The translations under genes and the position numbers were made by a program. This document shows, in pieces, positions 37,924 through 49,768 of a DNA stretch of 64,000 nt. Source of the DNA: Raja brachyura. Its lineage: Eukaryota. The notes beneath the pieces were generated by a model. The model searched no databases, was not told the DNA's origin, and was given only the letters and a program-made list of their open reading frames with translations. Positions within the stretch are counted from its first letter, which is position 1; every line of letters begins with the position of its first letter. The DNA lies in NCBI GenBank assembly GCA_963514005.1, contig OY740797.1:19964001-20028000 (forward strand), read 5' to 3'.

Positions 37924-40281
37924 CTTGGAAACAGAAAAGAAAATCACATCGAATAAAAATAATCAATTCAAATTAACTTACTCCTTTGATAGTAATTACA
38001 TTTATTTTGTACTAAAGTATGCCATACATAAGGCATATGTCTGTCTGGAGATGTTTAGAAGTCATCTAGTGCATTACACTCTCCTGTTCCTACCCTCAAT
38101 TTAATGGATCTTGACGCGACCGAAATTGCGTGAGGATGATAGCGTATCAATAGCCGGGTTATCTCTCACAATTCCAATTTAAATCAAGATCAAACGGACG
38201 ATACCAGATGGTCAATAAATTAACAACTGTTACCAATCAATAGAGAAACTCAAGCTCTAAATTATTATTTTATGTTGTTTGATCTGTTGGTGAAATTTGT
38301 CTCCAATCAGATTATGGAGTTTGACCTGGATTGTCAGTGGGAGTGAGGGGTTTGGTGATAACAGGGAATTGTAGAATGTTTAACTGCAGAAACTCTCCTG
38401 TAATCTCTTCAGACCAAATGGAGTTAAAAAGACTATCTTAAACTCATTGTGTAATGTGTTTCTCAGAACAGTGCACAATGTAACATTTTTTTCTAATTGT
38501 ACAATCATAACAGTGCGGCTGATTTGTTGTTTTTACTGTGGCAAACAGCTACACAAATTATTTAAAAGGGGAAGTACAATTGGATTAACTTTGTTGGTGT
38601 TTAGTTGGGACATTTTTGCTCCTGCTTTCTCTTCTTTCTTATTAAATATATACAAACTTATTATTGTGCTGCCACACAGCCAGCCAGTGCAACCCGCTAA
38701 GTATCCATCCTTCACTGTGAACCCGAGTCAAGTGTCAACAAAGTGATTATTGGAAGCATTGAGGGCGTTCCAGCTCCTGACATCTTCTGTTCCACAGGAG
38801 CCCTCTCTACCAGAGGCTGCTGCTTAGCAATTCAGAAATAGGCTGACCAGCTCTGCACCTGATTCCAACTCACAACTGTTTTTGGAGATAGGAGGTCAAG
38901 ATAGAATGTGTTTGTTATACAATTAGTTAAACAAACCATCTGCAGTCTGGAATTCCAATTTTCAGCATACTGTTGGAGCTGTCAGCCAGAACTATCAGGT
39001 GCTGACACGTTTCTGCATGCTAATATGAACAGATTGGGAATAATTAGTTTGTTTCTCGAATGAACGACAAAGAATATGATTTCCCAACTATGGAGAAAAC
39101 GTATGACAAATTTATATATTTAAATCGACACAGGGTGGCGTCCCGGGTTTTATCAAATCACGTGGGATGTGGACGTTTTGAAGTCTCGGACGTGTAGCTT
39201 TACTGTGGTATCATTAATCAGATGAACATTCAGAATATGCATAACGAGTCTCTGGAACAATGATTCATCTTTGATCCCATCTGTGAGAAAATGCATCAGA
39301 CATTCTCTAATCTGTCATGTTACCACAATTAAAATGATGCTTCTGAAAAAACAGCAATTGTCAGGCACAGTACAGGAAATGCAGCATTTTTGAGAGTTAA
39401 TTTAAAGCATAAATTGTTACTCTACCTCTTAAACGTCATTGCAATCATCCAATGTTGAACTAACACATGATTGTTTCTGGCCTAAAGTCCCATTTGCACT
39501 CTGAACATAATTTGTCTTTGCTACACCAGGGCAACAATAACCCTTAACTTAATCAATAGTTTGTATCGGTATTGTTATCATCGTGGTGCATATGTGTCTT
39601 TTTAGTGCTGACCTGCTAATGCCTCATTTATAACAAGAAATGAAAGTCAGATTCAGCTAAGACTTGATTTGTTGTGTGATGACTCGACAGATTACAGGAG
39701 GTGATGTCCAATGAGCTGTGCCCGGAGCCAGTAACTTGCTTTGGAGCTGTCTTTCTGTGACAGAACAGTATTTGATGCACAGATATCTAAAATATGGTAG
39801 AACCTTGTAAGACTGTGAAACCACCAAAGGGCTCTAGTCTTTCCATTGTCATAACACAAGGACCAAATGCATTTGAGGGCCATGCTGTGAGAGGAGTGGA
39901 ATAGGTTGCATTTGTTTAAGGAAAGCCTTTAATTTTATGAGATTCTGCAAACCTTAAAGAAAATGTAATTGCATGGCTTTCATCAACTTTCACGTGACTT
40001 TTCATTTGATGACATGTTGGCCATCGTGAAAAAGTGAAACCGTTGAGAATTGTTCGCTGATTCAATAATTTTATCCAATATGTATGGCCCAACACATCAG
40101 AATGCACAAATTGGAAATAAACTAGATATATCCACCTGTTGTTCATTAATGTTTGTTCATATCAATTATTATTGGGGATTCTGTGCAATACCACATTTAT
40201 CTCAGACCTACCGCATCAAAGAACCACACTTTGGGGTAGGAAAGATTATCATATCTTAGTGTCCCAGATGCCCCCAATGCA

Positions 40282-40965
40282 GTGGTGGCACAGTGGTGCA
40301 GCTGGTAGAGCTCCTGCCTCATAGCGCCAGAGACCTGGGTTTAATCTTGACTTTGGTTAGACAATAGACAATTGGTGCAGATGCCAGCATTGTGATCATG
40401 GCTGATCATCCACAATCCGTACCCTGTTCCTGGCTTCTCCCTATATCCCCTGACTCCGCTATCTTTAAGAGATCTATCTAACTCTCTCTTGAAAGCATCC
40501 AGAGAACTGACGTCCACCGCCTTCTGAGGCAGAGAATTCCACAGACCCCCAACACTCTGTGTGAAAAAGTTTTTCCTCATCTCCGTTCTAAATGATTTAC
40601 CCCTTATACTTAAACTGTGGCCCTTGGTTCTGGACTCCCACAACATCGGGAACATGTTTCGTGTCCCTAGCGTGCCCAAATCCTAAATAATCTTATATGT
40701 TTCAATAAGATCCCCTCTCATCCTTCTAAATTCCAGAGTATACATCTGTGTGTGTGGAATATGCACATTCTCCCTGTAACTGGGTGGGTTTCCTCTTGGT
40801 GCTCCAGTTTCCACATCCGAAAGACATGAGGGTTTGTAGATGCGCCATAATTGGCATCTATAAATTGTCCCCAGAGTGTAGGAAGTGAAATAGTGTGAAC
40901 AGGTGATCAATGGGCAGCATGGACTTGGAAGCTATAGGATCTGTTTCCATGCTGTATCCCTAAAT
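40282..40965 (+). mobile_element. tRNA-derived SINE (V-SINE/HE1-like) interrupted by an antisense CR1 3' end (~40356-40745)
   Basis: A-box/B-box-like head ggtggcacagtggtgcagctggtagagc...ctgggtttaatc. Core tgtgtggaatatgcacattctccctg...gggtttcc resumes after a CR1 segment (MFPML..SRTKGHSL.IRG..FRTEMRKNFFTQ). Confidence 0.75.
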
Positions 40966-41381
40966 TATAGAATCCCCAGTGGTGGCCTAGTGGCATTCAT
41001 ATGGGAAGGAGTAGATTTTGGAAGTAGAAAGTAACTTCCTATTGAAATGCCTACCATCAGAATAAACAGTCTTCAACTATTGGATTGAAGGGTCTTTCAG
41101 AAATGCTTTTGGAGACCAGTAATGGAAATGATGACCAGATAAATTTACAAAGTGTAAAAGATGATTAATTGCAGGTAAAATTGCTATCTAGATGTGCAAT
41201 AGATTGGTGAATAATTCGAATGGCGAGGCGAAATGTTTTTCACTACAAGTTATCGTTTAAAGTTCATAATGAATTATCAATCAGATAGACCTTTGAAAAT
41301 CTCGTATCTTTCTTAATGATCACTATGTTAACATTCGAATTTACAAATGTAAACACTTGTTGAAATAGGCAGCGCTCTTAC

Positions 41382-41483
41382 CATTCAATGGTTTGTACAT
41401 TAGTTCTGCAAAAATTATTAACAGAGCTAAGATTGCCAATCCGCCCTGTGCACACATGAGAATCAAGATAATGGAACTGGGAT
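41382..41483 (-). CDS. IgSF gene B transmembrane exon
   Basis: tag|...|gtaaga, 102 nt, DPSSIILILMCAQGGLAILALLIIFAELMYKPLN. Confidence 0.88.
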
Positions 41484-42449
41484 CTACAAGAACAAAATAT
41501 GAAAATGTTACAAAATATGCATATGTGAGTACGTTCATAAATAGTGCATGAGGTAGAGCATTTCAAAGATGTCTTTAAATCTTCACAGCGCATAAAATAT
41601 CCAAACAATACCAATTGCAAGTTCATGATGGGATTTCAAAATGGCTGCTTCCACGAAGGTCAGGTATTTCGATGAAAACCGTTTGCTTTTCTATTACAAT
41701 GCCACACCAGATAATGGAAATCAACCTCAACAAAACGCATCAGCCTTCTATATTTCTGGTTGAACACTGAATATGTGCCTTAACACGTTTTGCAGTGAGC
41801 GGTTAGCACAAGAAGATAACCCAAGACAGGTTATAAGACCATTATACATTTAACATATAAAATTGACACCAATCAACGTATTATGACATATTAGAGGGCC
41901 TGACCTAACAATAATCGATAAGAATGAATATCTCTCCCATATCAAGGCATCTATAGGTATCTCTCTTGGAATCTTATCTGGATCAGCAAGATTATGACTA
42001 TTTTATCTGACTATATGACTTTAGACTCAATCCACTCAATAATTTCTGGGGAAATAGGCCATTCACCTGGAAAACTATCAGCTAATTCATTGTTGGATAA
42101 CTTGCACGTGAACCGATTCATTCAGGGCACCACTGCATATTCCACTGGAGCGTCCAACAAATCCGCTATGGAATTGCCATATAATGCTCTTGCTATTGCA
42201 CTCGCTCTCGTAGCATTTACCTTCGTAGCAATACCCGCATGTACATTTTCCGGTTTTGTATAAGCACGTCGTAATTCCTTCTTACATAATCTATCATCTC
42301 AATTTTGAATGAAATACTTATTTTATATTCTCTCTTCTTTTCTATGGTTCTACCAAAAACAGGCACTGACTTTTAACAATTTCTTTGTCTGTATGGCATC
42401 GACACACCACTCCGAGCATATCATCCCATCCTTCAGCACCAAATATGCC

Positions 42450-42745
42450 TTTAGTTTAGTTTAGTTTAGAGATACGGTGCGGAAAAAAGGCCCACTGAGT
42501 CCGCACCGACCAGTGATCGCGCACATTAACACTATCCTACACACATTAGGGACCATTTACACTTATGCCAAGCCAATTAACCGACAAACTTGCACGTCTT
42601 TGTAATGTGGGAGGAAACCGAAGATCTCAGACAAAAATCCACGCGGTCACGGGGAGAACGTACAAACTCCGTACAGACGGCACCCGTAATAAGGGTTGAA
42701 CCCGGGTCTCCGGCGCTGCAAGCGCTGTGAAGCTGCAACTCTACG
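42450..42745 (-). mobile_element. tRNA-derived SINE (V-SINE/HE1-like)
   Basis: Minus-strand B box (gacccgggttcaaccc), core ggagtttgtacgttctccccgtgaccgcgtgg, (CTAAA)n tail. Confidence 0.8.
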
Positions 42746-43199
42746 TCTGCGTATATGTACGTCTACGTCTACGTCTATCGAAGTATGAGGAGCAGATATT
42801 TCTCCAATTACAGTTCCTGAGATTCAACGCAATTATTTATCTTCTTTGCCATAAATTCAGTTCTGGTTACACTTATGGACCACACGTGAATGCCTTTAAT
42901 AACATTTACATTTGGACTGCTTATCCCCCACTTTATTTACTTGCAAGTTCTTAATTCTGCCATTTGCCACCTAGAGACCTTGCCATTCCTGATCAGATTC
43001 TCTTAATCTACGCATCATAAGAGCGAGGTCTCGCAAAACACACCACATGCCCGAGGACAAATCCCATCACCTATCAAATCATTGTTTTTTTTGTCATGTT
43101 TATTCCATATTAATTTGATTTTCAAATTTGTAATTTGTTCTCATATCACTGCCTGACTTTCTTGCTCCTAATGTCTACAAACTCGTTCGTCCGTGCGAC

Positions 43200-43505
43200 T
43201 TCTATGAAAGGGTCTCGACCCGAGGCAGAGTTTCTTCCCACAGCCCATCAGGACTGTAAACTCTGATCTCACCGGGGAGTAATTATTGTTGTGTCTTTTA
43301 AAAATATATAAATACTGGTTCTGTTCTGTTCTGTTCTGTTGTTCTGTTGTTTTGCACAATCCCGCAGGTATTATCACTTTCATGTCACTGTACATCTTGT
43401 ATGTGTATGTGACAAATAATGTGGACTTGACTTGACCCATTCCTTATTTCGATGGATGCTGCCTCGCCCGCTAAGTTGCTCCAGCATTTTGTGTCTACCT
43501 TCGAC
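43200..43505 (+). mobile_element. Penelope/hammerhead repeat split by a Rex/Babar-like 3' fragment (~43223-43435)
   Basis: agggtctcgacccga | gagtttcttcccacagcccatcaggactgtaaac...(CTTGA)n | cccattcc...gatgctgcc...ccagcattttgtgtctacc. Confidence 0.65.
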
Positions 43506-43822
43506 TTTTATGAAATGTTTTTTGTCCCTTTATCGTTTTCCAGTCGATTTCCTCCCAATGCAATTATCTCCCAAGCATTAAAGTGCGGCATTCTATTATT
43601 CTACTTCACGTTGCTTCTTTTAAAATTGTCTTAAGGTAGTCATTGTGCAAGCCTTTAATCGTCTGCCCATTGGGATGCTTAATGCTGGTACATTGAAGCG
43701 TTGGTGTAAAAATGATTCACCTTAACCTTTCTCCCAATATTACTGCTGTAGATCTAATTTTTTATTCCGCTATTCTGATCAGCTACTAACTCATTCTCAA
43801 CTGCAAATATTCCCAGTCTTAC

Positions 43823-44116
43823 CTGGCTCGACGATGTATGTGAAGCTGGCCGGTACCTTAAGGGAGATATGCGATACTAAACAGGTGTATACATCTTGAG
43901 CCTGGGCAGGCTGCGCTATTTCCAAAAAGCTAGAAACTTCATACAATCGGTCCGCATTCCTGTATTTCACGGTTTCAATGCCGGTTAGAATTTCCACATT
44001 ATTTTTTCTCCAGAAGATTTCTAATGTCTCTGGATAAAACGCATCTGTTTTACAAACGAGTTTTGGAGCAGCCAAACTTTCTTCAAGTGAAACAATTTTC
44101 AAAGGCGTTGGGGAAT
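43823..44116 (-). CDS. IgSF gene B C1-set exon (intact)
   Basis: 294 nt, phase 1-1. DSPTPLKIV...KLVCKTDAFYPETLEIFW...DRLYEVSSFL...VYTCLVSHISL...YIVEP. C1 hallmarks CxxxxFYP and YTCxVxH. Confidence 0.93.
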
Positions 44117-44197
44117 CTTAAGCAGAAGAAAAAAGTTATATTGCATGTTTCCATTACACTTCAGTGAGCTATATTATAATTATATATTACGTTTGTT

Positions 44198-44835
44198 AAG
44201 AAAGCGAATGGTATGTTAGCATTCATAGCAAAAGGATTTGAGTATAGGAGCAGGGAGGTTCTACTGCAGTTGTACAGGGTCTTGGAGTATTGCGTACAGT
44301 TTTGGTACACCTAATCTGAAGAAATACATTCTTGCCATAGAGGGAGTACAGAGAAGGTTCACTGGGATGTCAGGACTTTCATATGAAGAAAGACTGGATA
44401 GACTCGGCTTGTACTCGCTAGAATTTAGAAGATTGAGGGGGGATCTTATAGAAACTTACAAAATTCTTAAGGGGTTGGACAGGCTAGATGCGGGAAGATT
44501 GTTCCCGATGTTGGGGAAGTCCAGAACAAGGGGTCACAGTTTAAGGATAAGGGGAAAGTCTTTTAGGACCGCGATGAGAAAAACATTTTTCACACAGAGT
44601 GGTGAATCTGTGAAATTCTCTGCCACAGAAGGTAGTTGAGGCCAGTTCATTGGCTATATTTAAGAGAGAGTTAGATGTGGCCCTTGTGGCTAAAGGGATC
44701 GGGGGTATGGAGAGAAGGCAGGTACAGGATACTGAGTTGGATGATCAGCCATGATCATATTGAATGGCTGTGCAGGCTCGAAGGCCGAATGGCCTACCAC
44801 TGCACCTATTTTCTATGTTTCTAGGTTTCTATGTT
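44198..44835 (+). mobile_element. CR1 3' fragment in the V-C1 intron of gene B
   Basis: ORF 44238-44639 is the CR1 C-terminus. (TTTCTATG) tail. TGTTAA at both 44194-44199 and 44832-44837. Confidence 0.9.
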
Positions 44836-45601
44836 AACCATGGATTTTTTTTGAACACTGGATATAAAAACTGAGCGATTTTAGACATTATACCAGGAGG
44901 GTTAATATTTGAGTAATATGGGAGAAAGGCGCCAATGTTCTGAATGGAAATGACTGGCTTTCTATGTTAACTTTGGCGTTTGGGACATTATCGGCATTTC
45001 TTTTATTGAAATGAATGGTATTGAAGTAGAGATGTCACAGATTTCTCGAGTCGGGGGTAGGGTGTAGTTACGTGCATTTATTACATTTCGGTGCTCAATT
45101 CGTTGGTCAATTGATTGTTCAGATCTTGGGATGGAGATTTTCAATGGTGCATATTTCACTATGGGAATGTTCAGAGTTCAATGCTACTGCTGTAACACGT
45201 TCATGCGTCGAGTCAAATATAAGATTTGGATATCGAAGCATCAGAAAGATACCTGGGCAATGAATGAACACGGGAAGCAGTTGTACGCTGAAGTGGAATA
45301 TCAGTGATGTTGCTGATACGTAATATCCTAACTTTAATGTTGCATTAAACTAACTTTACCTAATCTAGGGAAAAGTTGCTAAAATTGTTCTCCATTTCTT
45401 TCCTCGGTGAAAGGGAAATGGACTTTCTACCACAGCTATTCATTACAGTTCAAGACGCAGTTCAAGTCGACCATTCCAGTATCTTTCTTGGGATTTATTA
45501 GCACCTGGATTTTTCCAAGTTGGAACATTTTATAAACAACGCATTTATATGTAAATGACAGAGAACTGAAAATCTCTTAATTTTCGAACATGTACACTCA
45601 C

Positions 45602-45907
45602 CGAACACAGTGAGCTGACAGCCACTTCCATTCCCGATGTGTTGATTCTGGTGCTTTGCTTGACAGTAATATATTCCCGAGTCTGCAACAATGACATTAT
45701 GGAGAACAAATGTTCCCCTTCCGCTACCTACATGAAATTGTTTTCTCGTATCTGGTTCCAATAATGTTCTCATGCCTTCTCTCCACCAAAAAACAGAAAT
45801 AGTATCTTGCGATATGGGAAATTTGCAGAACATGGTAAAGTTTGCACCGATGGGGACATCTGCATCATTAGGAAATTGATACACTGAGTTCGAAGATACG
45901 TCCACAA
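45602..45907 (-). CDS. IgSF gene B V-set exon (germline-joined VJ type)
   Basis: 306 nt, phase 1-1, cag|...|gtgagt. VYQFP...NFTMFC...VFWW...VADSGIYYC...GNGSGCQLTVF. Confidence 0.93.
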
Positions 45908-46096
45908 CTGCCGAAAATTAAGGAAGAAATTAGTTGCGTATACTGGATAAGGTAAATAATAGCAAATTAATACAAAACAATCGTGGAAGAAAGGCACCCG
46001 AATTGGCGCATTTTTGCTATATCTGCCGGATGTAAACAGGAACAAAATGTAAAATATAAATTGCAATTCAGCAACAACACAAATACCTAAACTCAC

Positions 46097-46151
46097 CATG
46101 CCAAATTATACCACATAGCGCCATGTACCGTACAGGAAATGTCGCCAACAT
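46097..46151 (-). CDS. IgSF gene B leader exon
   Basis: 55 nt, MLATFPVRYMALCGIIWH+G|gtgagt. Confidence 0.87.
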
Positions 46152-47899
46152 ATTTGGAAAGGTGGCTTGTCCACTCGTTGTAATTGAATGTGGTTTCTTT
46201 GCAAGTTTGTCAAGTAAATAGGATCTCTTGAGTACTTGTACGGAACATGTGATCCTGACGTCCAGTATCACATGATTAACGGAGCTTTTTGTAGGTTAGT
46301 GTTTATCTGAGATGCAATGCACCCCCCGCCACTCCCGGGGTGATTGTTTTTAAGTGATCTACATCCTTACATCCTTTATCAAACAACGTCCACATTTCCT
46401 GATTCTGAATTCACCATTTTGATCATTGGCGTGAACCTTTTCCCACCCTTCACACAAGAGATAATTGTTGTTCAGTGAGCGCTGCCAAATATTAGTCACG
46501 GACCCTTGTGACTTAGAGCACTTCCAATTTTCCCCAACTTCCATTAAAAAAAGGCTTGAAGCCGCTGGAGAAAGACATTTTATTATTCTCCAGCTCAGAT
46601 CTGCTGAGTCCAATTTTAATGTTATTGCTCGGTGGATTCTAAAGACCTATTTCGAATGGCAACAATACTGCGAAGTAAAACTGTCCAGAATGACCAACGC
46701 TACAGCACAATAACACAAAGTGTTTGAAGTGCAAGACCCATTCAAAATTCAGTGTATTGCCCGTTTTTTGCCCGGCCAAGGCCAAGGCCAAGTTATGTCA
46801 TTTGCAACATGAGGTGAAAATCAATCAGGAGCATTTTCCTTATGTAATTCTTTGGTAATAGCATGTCTGACCGTTACACCAGAAAGGGTGTCACCCATCT
46901 ATCCTTATTATTCATAACTGAAATACTTTTCCTTATTATTTTTGTGTTTAAGGAGAAAAACACTTGACTATTTTCTTCACTTACCAGAATTATTTCACCA
47001 CCTTCTTTTACGTTCGGTCTCCACACTCTCTCACTTTTCTAACTTGCAACTGTCAGGTTGGAAAGCAACATTCCGGCAGAGGCCTAACCAGGAAAGGCTT
47101 AACATAATTTAGTTCACTATAAATAAAGGATCGGGTGTGACTTTGAGAGCAATCTCGTATGCTCTATCAACTTAAAACATTTGTGAAGTAACAATGACAG
47201 TTCTGCCTGTAATTCCGCCCCCTTTCATATTTTGTAAAGTTCGTTTGCACTGAAATGTTCCTTCCCTCTACGATCAGTGAAATGTGGCCATTTGGGTTAA
47301 TATATCCTTTTTGTTCCATCTTCAATTACATAGACATGAGAGCAGATCTACTTATTTCGAATTGCATTCCCGAGAATCTGTAATAAAAGTTTGATTGCTT
47401 CAGTGGCGGCTGAGTTATTTTTATAACCTTCCTTTATGATTGAAGTTCTGAAATTAGCCAGACTTTTGCTCTTTTAGTTGAGTCCGCTGCTTCCGATGAC
47501 ACTTTAATGTCAGCGCTGAATGATCCCTGAGCTTAGTAATGGTTGCAATGCTTCTGCTACTGAAATAAACCTGAACTGAAATGTTGAGCGGAATATAACG
47601 GAGTTACATTTGTGGTTACTGAATTTACAATAGGCTACTGAATATAACCCAAACATTGGATCAATACAATGCTGAGAACAAAAGAAAAACTGAAATTATT
47701 AAATTAATAAACCTGGAAAATTAAACTAAATAAAAAATATTGTGTGCATCACGACTCAAGAGAACTTTTGAGAATCGGACTGCCAAAGCAATAATTGTAC
47801 ATCATTGTAAATTATATAACTGACGGTCTTCGCATGAAGGCTAACCATGAAGGAACAGCATCATGCGTAGTACATTGAGTTCCTGGAGACTACTGCAAT

Positions 47900-49768
47900 A
47901 AGATTTAAAGACCGCATGGATGAACTCCAGAAATTGTTCATCCCTGTCTGGCGAAAAAATAAAACAGGGAAGGCGGTTCAACCGTGGCTGGCGAGGGAAG
48001 TCAAGGATAGCGTTAAAGTCAAGGAAGAGACATCAAAATTGGCCAGACGAAGCGGCAAACCAGTAGACTGAGCTAAATTTAGAACTCAAAAGAGGAGGAC
48101 AAAAGGTTTAATTAAGGGGGGGGGGGGGGGGGGGGGCATGAAAGAAAGCTTGCGGGGCATATAAAAAATGACGAAAAGCTTTTTAGGTATGTAAAAAGGA
48201 AAAGATTATTGAAGACGAATGTAGGTCCCTAACAGTCAGAGATAGATGAATTTATAATGGGAAACAAGGAAATGGCAGAACCGTTAAACGAGTACTTTGG
48301 TTATCTTCACTAAGGCAGACACAAACAATCTCCCAGAAATAATAGGGGACCGAGGATCTAATCGGAGGGAGGAACTGAAGGGAATATACATGGGTCTGAA
48401 GAAGGGTTTCGGCCCGAAACGTTGCCTATCTCCTTCGCTCCATAGATGCTGCTGCACCCGCTGAGTTTCTCCAGCATTTTGTGTACCAGGGAATATACAT
48501 CAGTCAGAAAATCGTGTTAGGTATTCTGTTGGGACTGAAGGCAGATACATCCCGAGATGGCCAGATGGTCTGCATCCCAGAGTACTCAAGGAGGTGGCCC
48601 TCGAAATCGTGGATGCGTTGGTGATAATTGTCCAACGTGCTCTCGACTCTGGATCAGTACCTGTGGACTGGAGTGTAGCCAATGTAACTCCACTTTTTAA
48701 GAAAGGGGGGAGAGAGAAAACGGGGAATTATAGACCAGTTCGCCTTACATCGGTGGTGGAGAAGATGCTGGAGTCGATTATTAAAGATGTTATAGCAGCG
48801 CATTTGGAAAGCAGTGACGGCATCTGTCAAAGCTAGCATGGGTATATGAAGGGGAAAACATATATGAGTAAACATTTTGAGGATTTAACAAGTAGACTGG
48901 ATAAGGGAGAACCAGTGGATGTGGTATATCTGGACTTTCGACTTCCGTCCAACATCAGGCTTCCAGAGATTGGTGTGCAAAATTAGAGCAACTGGTATTG
49001 GGGGTAGAGTTTTGACATGGATAGAGAACTGGTTGGCAGACAGGAAGGAGAAGAGTGGGAATTAACGGGTCCTTTTCAGAATGTCAGGCAGTGATTAGTG
49101 GGGTGCTGCAAGGCTTGGTGCTGGAACCCCAGTTTTTTTACAATATATATTAACGATTTAAGCCGGGGAATTAAATGTAACATCACTAAATTGGCGGATG
49201 ACACAAGGCTGGGGGGCAGTGTGAGCTGCGAGGGGGTGCTGTGAGGCTGCAGGGTGACTTTCATAGGTTGGATGAGTGGGCAAAAGGCAGTCACGATAAC
49301 ATGTGGACAAACGTGAGGTTATCCACTTTGGTGGCAAGAACAGGAAGGCAGATATTTATCTGAATGGTGTCAGAATAGGAGAAGGGGAAGTACAATGAGA
49401 GCTGGGTGTGCTTGTTCATCAGTCACTGAAAGTAAGCATGCAGGTACAGCAGTCAGTGAAGAAAGCCAATGGCATTTTGGCCTTCATTGCGAGAAGATTT
49501 GCGTTTAGGAGCAAGTAGGTATTACTGCAGTTGGACAGGGTCCTGGTGAAACTGCACTTGGAGTATTGTGTGCAATTTTTATCTGTTAATTTGAGGAAGA
49601 ACATTATTGCTATTGAGGGAGTGCAGCATAGGTTCACCAGGTTAATTCCCGGGATGGCGGGACTGACATGTGATTAAAGAATGGGTCGAGAGTGGATCTT
49701 ATAGAAACATATAACATTCTTAGAGAATTGGACAGGGTAGATGCAGGAAATGTTTTCCCGATGTTTCC
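47900..49768 (+). mobile_element. CR1 LINE, decayed linker and RT
   Basis: LHPRVLKEVALEIVDAL, NYRPVRLTS, ADDT; many stops. Confidence 0.88.
48392..48487 (+). mobile_element. 96-bp hammerhead-containing Penelope-derived insertion with 13-bp TSD
   Basis: AGGGAATATACAT at 48379-48391 and 48488-48500 flanks GGGT-CTGAAGA-A-GGGTTTCGGCCC-GAAACGTT-GCCTAT...TTTGTGTACC. Confidence 0.92.

Noticed and set aside
38447-38746. ORFs in the gene B intron as additional exons
   Set aside because: No convincing splice sites or similarity to gene A.
45606-45612. RSS heptamer CACAGTG inside the gene B V exon
   Set aside because: It arises from the LTV codons (CTC ACT GTG). There is no ACAAAAACC-like nonamer at 12 or 23 bp, so it is not evidence of rearrangement.
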